From: Bugula neritina
Lineage: Eukaryota > Animalia > Bryozoa
Length of the DNA stretch: 64,000 nucleotides
NCBI GenBank assembly: GCA_964035545.1
Contig: OZ037771.1
Location: forward strand, 7,867,408 to 7,931,407
Reading direction: 5' to 3'
Numbering within the stretch: the first letter of the stretch is position 1; each line of letters begins with the position of its first letter. Shown here in pieces: positions 49,211-64,000 of this stretch. The translations under genes were made by a program, and so were the position numbers. The notes under the pieces are model-generated. The model was given only the letters and a program-made list of their open reading frames with translations. It was not told the DNA's origin and did not search any database.

Positions 49211-52200
49211 TCAGTGGTTATTTTTCTTTAAAGATTTGTTTTTTATTTTTCTACTCTTATTGGGTCTGTTGGGATTGGATTTCACTTTGCCTATTTCTGT
49301 AGGTATATATCGACGTTTTTTGAATGTTGGGTTTTGATTTTTATTGTCCGAGATTTTCCTCTTAAACGTGCTGCTCAAAGAAATGATTTCTTCCTGGCTT
49401 TGGAAACTAAGGTCTCTTTTAAATACATAAAGTGTAGAGAAATCGACATCATCCGGTGGTAGGTTTATCTCATGTTCATACTCATCAGTTTCAGGATCCT
49501 CTACAACTAAAACCCACAGCAGTATTAATGGCAAGTAATGTAAGTGCCAATAGGCCATAAGCGAAAGGTCTGCACGATTTAAACACAACTGTTAGTTACT
49601 GTAGTTGCCCTCACATGGCCAACTGAAACTAATTTCATCAAGTATAATTTCAAAAGAAAAAAACAGGAATTGTTCTAAGATGGTCATGCAGCTATAACAT
49701 TAATATAAATTTAGAGTACTAAATTGCAAAGCACTGTGTTACATTACTTTATTGGTGGTCATATAATTTGTAAGATAATTTTAGTACAATACAAACCTGG
49801 TGGCTTTTCATGGTCCAGTGTAGCAGGGCGCTCCTTCGAATCCATTGGACCAATGAGTTTTGGAATCTTATTAGTTATTGTAGTTACAACTTTATGGAAT
49901 TCCTCACTTTTTATATGGATCTATAATCATAGTATAACAAGATAGTAAATATAATATGACAATATTATATTCTGAATGCAAAAGATAGAGCATGATTATA
50001 AGTTAACTTGATTAGCACTAGCGAGGCATAATTATAGAATTTCTTTCTGGGCAATATAGAATAGTTGAAGAACAAAGTTTACATGGCTTTACTTCTGCAT
50101 TATCTCAATGTCTAAAGATCTAAAAACTCAAATGTCTGAAGTAATTAGAGAAAAAATAGTTCACTTGACACTGAAGGCTAGCAAGTATTTGAAGGTGTAC
50201 AGCTGGAACTATTAAAAAATTAGGTTTCAGGTAAACTTATTCATATTGGCAATCATAGTTATTGCCACTGGCAGACACAAAAATAGAATAGTGATACAAA
50301 AATACTAAAAGGCAACATTTCAACATGACATTTTTGCAGAGCTTTTTAATATTAAATAGGCATAGAGGGACATTTGCTTGGGATTCATCAAATTTAAATC
50401 TACTGTGACTTGTAAAAATGTAATCATTTTCATAACTTATTCACCATTTTTAGCATATTTAAGCAATCAGAATAAGCCAGTATTAAAACGTCTAAGTATA
50501 CATAACTTTCTAAACAAGCAAAGATTACCTTATTAAATTATTTAAAACATGATCAGTGTGTAAAAAAATGGTACTCTCCAAAAACATATATATATGCAAA
50601 TGTCAAAAAACTGACTGAATTTATTATTTGAAGAAGTATATACAAAACTCATAGATTCTCTCCCAAATTTTGCGATGAACACGAACTAATTTTAAACATG
50701 TTACTATTATGGCACTTTTACGTAGGATGACAAAATGACCTAAAAAGATTCTGGCTAGTGGCAGCACTGACATGGGTTAACTAGAAAATATTGGAAGTTG
50801 GAGATGACAGCTAGTTCTCAAGTTATTTTAAAAAATCAAGGGTCTCCAAAAAACAATTTGCTTTCAAGCAAAATATATTTATAAGATGATTTGCTATGTA
50901 AATGACCAACATTATCTTTTCCATCAGATAACTTTAAATTGTAAAAACTAGCTAATGACTTCAAATTACAAGTTATTCAAAATTCAAGATCTTTTTATTT
51001 AGTACACCTCTTCAGTCTACATATCTAGTTTGCCAGCGACAGCCACACATATAAACATACCAGTTCTCTGAACGCTAGTGAAGTAAGAGAGGTAAACCCT
51101 AGTGTCTCTGCTAGACTGGATAGTCCGGGTAATGACGCAGCAGGTATGCCACTGTGCCTGCACATCTCTATAAGATGTGTGGTGAGCACATCTGGTTGTA
51201 CAGAGTTGTCACAGAGCACTAGGCTAGATTGGCCTTTCTCCACACATCTAGTCACAGCATTGATTCCAAATACAAAACATTTCCTAAAGGCAAACAACCT
51301 CTAGTCATGAGTATTTAATAAAACAAATAATATTAACAAGATTTGAAATGGAAGAAAGTTTGGCTTAAATGGTGCTCCACACATTTTTAAAATACAGTAA
51401 AATTAAATATACAGGCATTATTAAACTATAAGCTACACACACAGAAATCTATGGCGAATACTCCCTAACTAAAAAGTATCATTTCAGAATACTTTTTTTT
51501 CATTTTTTAACTTCTTTTTAAAAAGTAAAATAGGTATGGAGACTTACCATTTTTCAATTACTTGTTCATTGTCGGTAGAGCTTTTCTTTTCTTTTAATAA
51601 CTTTCCACCTCGAGCACATTTTTGCCTTTCGAGTCCATGCGTTGAAAACATTTCTTTGAGGAGAGAGACAACTTCTAAGCCCACAGAATCTGATATTTTA
51701 GGCCTACAACAAAACACAATTTTGCATTGAAAAAGTATTGACTTTGAGTAGAACTAGACAGCGATGGTTTGACTGATCTGAGCTATCATAATCATGCTCA
51801 CATTTGTATAATACTATTACTATTAGTATAACGATAAGTATTAAACAACACATCATGATCACGATGAAAGAGGCATGGGCATTATCATGAAATTAAATTA
51901 TTATAAAATTAAATGCTATTACTATTAGTATAAGCATTTTCATTTTTATCCAATTCTAATGAATCCAACAATAACCCTGGTAGTAGTTACTGGTTAGTAA
52001 TAATAAGTATAACATAAAGATTAACAAATAACATCAACATCAACATGTGTTCATCATCACCATGTTGGTGTTAACAGTTAATGTGCCTAGCCCTGTGGAA
52101 CAAATAAAAGTCAAAAGAATCAAGTCAGTAAGTGGGTAACACTAACAATAACACCTAATTTAATTTTATATTATAATTTAAACTATTAGTATTAATAAAA

Positions 52201-52609
52201 ATATTAATATTATTATATAAAATTAAATATGGATTCATATTGATATTTAGCATCAGAATCACCTATCACCATGATTATGCGTCTAATAATGCTGAAGTCT
52301 GAACCGGAATACTTACAGTTATACAGCTAATGTTATACTGATTCTGAATACAGAATAATGAGAATACTGAACAGTGAACACAATTTGAATTTGAAAATTT
52401 TAATTCAAGTTCATTTCAAGAACGCTGACTAACCATTCATATGTGAAGGGCGCTTTTAAAAAGCTTTTAGCCGGTTTTGCTTTGACAGACTTTTTAGTTT
52501 GCCTTTTTTGTGCTGGGTTATTTCCAAGAGTTTGACAATTAACAATAGGAACAAAGTTTTGTTTATTTTTAGTTTTTGGCCCACATTGGTCTTTTGTGGA
52601 GGCAGCCAT
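49211..52609 (-). CDS. RPP38: RNase P/MRP subunit p38 (L7Ae domain)
   Basis: Exons ~52434-52609 (LKAPFTYEW), ~51548-51703, ~51061-51283 (FGINAVTRCVEKG...LVLCD...P..LT.HL), ~49797-49920, 49211-~49508 (YIPTEIGKVKSNPNRPNKSRK, Lys-rich tail). Confidence 0.8.
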
Positions 52610-52931
52610 TTTTGTCTATATTTTCTACCTCAAATGTTAAAGAGTGAAATTCATGTGCTATCCAATTGGACAAATAATATGGCAAAACTGCGCGCTTACA
52701 ACCGGATGTGTGACAACATCCGTTTTTAACTCCTAGATATTTTGTACGTTGGTCTTCAAACTTCTTATGCTAGACCTAGGACTGTTGGACGCGTACACAC
52801 GGATATCCAATTTGCGCATACTTCTGCTGCACTTCATGCATTAAAATTGTTTTATTGGTGCTTAGAATCAAGTGAACAAATAAATCGCTTTAGCAATTGA
52901 AAATATAAACACAATTCTTTATTTATTGAAT
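52610..52931. promoter_or_regulatory. Bidirectional promoter between RPP38 and Rab6
   Basis: Head-to-head ATGs separated by 322 bp; CpG-enriched; TATCCAATT occurs twice. Confidence 0.7.
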
Positions 52932-61073
<8,142 letters not shown>

Positions 61074-62276
61074 GGGTGGGGCGGAGGACTGCCCTTTTTT
61101 AAGCATTCAACTAAAATATTTCTATATTATTCGTTCTGCTTCACATTCATTCAGTGCCCGTAGATTCAGCTCAATAATTGTGTTGCATGTGTAATAATTG
61201 TATTGCCTTTTACACTCTGCTCCTGGGATGTAGCTACTCATTTGCTGTGACACTCATATTTTGGTGGTTTCCTATTAGATCTGTAATATACATTTGTGAA
61301 CTCCAAGTCCTTGTTGTACTATAGAGAATAGGGAGTTGTCCATTCATGTAGAGCTGTACATACTGGAAACTGTAGCTTTCTCTCAGATGTTAATAGTTTG
61401 CATTAACTAGCTGCACTTATACTGTGGGGTGCTGACCTTTGGACAGCTAAATTGTTCACAGACAGCATTCCGCAAGCTGCGGCAGCATGCAGCTAATGCT
61501 ATCCTTGTATTTTACAATAAATGAGATTATGTGGGGTAGTCGCGTCAGAACTATATTGTTGTTTGTTTTAAGTGTTGATGTATACTATTATGTTTGTATT
61601 TTTCTGCATTTAGTACTATTTATTATTGCTATGCTAGCATTACCTTAGTTGCAATCCTTTGTCATATATAATATAGATTATGATTATATAATAAATATTA
61701 TAATGTACAACGTGTTGTATATTCTAGCACATCTATGTGTTATACTACATAATATTTTAAGCGTGCCCCTTCTGTAAGATAAACGTTAGCTATAGCTCTG
61801 AGACTGCTCTGAATATTATCCCCCCCAACCCTCTTATCTTCTAACAAACAATTGTGATGTGAACTAGGGCTATTCTGACTGTTGTAATCATTTCTTTGGT
61901 CCAGTTATAATCTTTCAACTGGTATTAATAAAGCACCATTCAACAATTTATGCCAGGATTTTATGCTACGTGTATGTTTCTAATAACAGGATTTCATGCA
62001 TTTTCGTCTTTATTCTCACACATTTTTGCACAACTAGTGTAATAATATTAACATTAATATCCATGCTGGGTGCAATTGAAATGCTGAAATTATTTTATAT
62101 ATAAATTTAGTATTTATTGCTTGGCCCTTCAAATATATTTACTTCAAGGGCCAAAACCTCATATTACGGGGCCATGAATAATCTGTTCAAACTCCTAAGA
62201 GAAGACAACTACTGTTATTTGTTACAGCATTTGCGCATTTCCATATGCACACCAATTAAATGAAATGAATTAAAAG

Positions 62277-62279
<3 letters not shown>

Positions 62280-62318
<39 letters not shown>

Positions 62319-62370
62319 AATTATATATACACACACATATATATATACACACACACATATATACACACAT
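62280..62370. repeat. (CA)n/(TA)n compound microsatellite
   Basis: Direct read. Confidence 0.95.
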
Positions 62371-64000
62371 GCATTGAAACCTCTATAGTTAATTATTTTA
62401 ACATTGTACTTTATAATATATAGTTACATAGGATGTGCGTCATAAATTCTACTTCATAAACTATATATTATATATGTATCATATTCTTTTGCTATTTAGC
62501 AGCAACACTTGTAATATTAAAATGGCACACAATTCGATTGCAACCTATTATTAAACAATACGAAATACTTGCATATTTCGTCACTCTTTATTTTGCTATA
62601 TGAATAGTGCCTGTTCCTGTAGTATTTTCTAGACTTGTCAATTTAATATAAAAGCAGATGTCTTACTTGTAAAAGTCAGTTTAACAATAAAGTTCTTATA
62701 AACCACACTGCTCAACAAAGACCATTATACTCTGACAGGACATCTCATCTTTAATTCTGGTAGAGAAAGACACATTGATATTTTCACTGCACACTAGCTT
62801 TGTGACAACGTGAATACTTCTTTGTCATAACCACATTATAATCTATAAATGTCTGTATATATATGGTTAATGCTTATTTACACACTTGCATTAAACACAC
62901 ACATACAAACACACATGCACAACACATACACCTATGCAACACATTACACACCCATGTATAGACCTACGAAACATGTATACACGCACATATACAAACACTC
63001 AACAGTCAACACATACACACTGAACGCTCAAATTTGGCACCAAAATAGTGCATTTATGCCAGCCAGATGACTAGAAACACCAGGTATACCGAGATATATT
63101 TATGGCATCAGCAGTGATGCTGCTAAGTACTGAGGTAAAACAATCAGATTCATGCAAAGTTACTGTTTTATCTTTGCAAAATCAAGTACTGTCTGCGGGT
63201 TACACTATAAGTTTAAACACAAGTGGGTAGATATTATTATCTTTCTAAATTCATTTATTTGCCAAGTACTAGTGCATACAATTAAATTAATTTTTCTACA
63301 AATTGCTAAAATTTGTTTTATATTAACTTTTATCAGTTTGCAGTATGTCATGCCAACTAGCTTAACTATACATGTAACATAAGTTATGAATTGAGATTAC
63401 GGATTTCGAAATTGCCTGCTCTTGCTTTAACTTGAATTAGTAAGGCTATTGACCAAAAATACTTTCATCATAATTAAAGTAAGCTATTTGAAATTTCATC
63501 CTTGATTCCTCTGCATACTTTTTATCAACATATTTTTAACATAAAATATTGTAAAATAAACGGTATGTCATGAGGAACCATATAGCTTGATTCAACATAA
63601 TATCTCATTATGTCTTACTAACGGTCAGAAAGAATAAGATTCTATTGCAAAATACTATGTTGTGTTGTAAAAGTTATTTTCAGTCAAAGTAAAATAATAC
63701 TGCATACTATATTATTTTTTTTTATTTCTTACTAAAATAACCAATGATCAATCAAAATTAGAAAATATAATTAAATTATTACAATCATTAGATTACATCC
63801 TGAAAAGTAAAGCATATATTTTTTCAAATTGAAAATTTGATCAACATAACATATCTAAAAATAGAATGAACCTTATGGTCATGTGACTCACATGTAAACT
63901 GAGCTGTAACTCTGCCATCTTGTGAATTGTGTACCCAGAAATCATTTGTTTAAACAAACCTGTTGACTTACAACATAAAGAAAACTTCAATCTATGAAAT

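Noticed and set aside
62400-64000. Coding exons at the right end of the window
   Set aside because: No convincing exon or motif; likely UTR, intron or intergenic sequence.

Overview
AT-rich, intron-dense eukaryotic (metazoan, probably invertebrate) DNA; most short ORFs in the supplied track are exon fragments or repeat artefacts. I could assemble seven spliced genes by hand from GT-AG junctions: (1) an unidentified coiled-coil gene with a ~1.6-kb Lys/Arg-rich exon (- strand, 9960 to at least 1630), (2) a RING-B-box-NHL protein of the mei-P26/NHL-2 type (-), (3) METTL21A-like methyltransferase (+), (4) GLYR1/NPAC (+), (5) ZFAND2B/AIRAPL (+), (6) RPP38 (-), (7) Rab6 (+). Mobile DNA includes two copies of a PIF/Harbinger-type MITE (one nested in a tRNA-derived SINE with a 14-bp TSD), two copies of a hAT-Charlie-type MITE, a small foldback element and a possible Helitron 3' end. 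The three most unusual signals are: (a) 0.6-2-kb zones of drifting 3/6-nt-periodic sequence with short inverted duplications at the 5' end of the six conserved genes (first intron, or inferred 5' intron); (b) intronic minisatellites whose units contain the adjacent splice donor, acceptor or branch-point motif; (c) two alternative terminal exons of Rab6, each ending in a CXC prenylation motif. Gene identities rest on motif recognition from memory, not on database searches.
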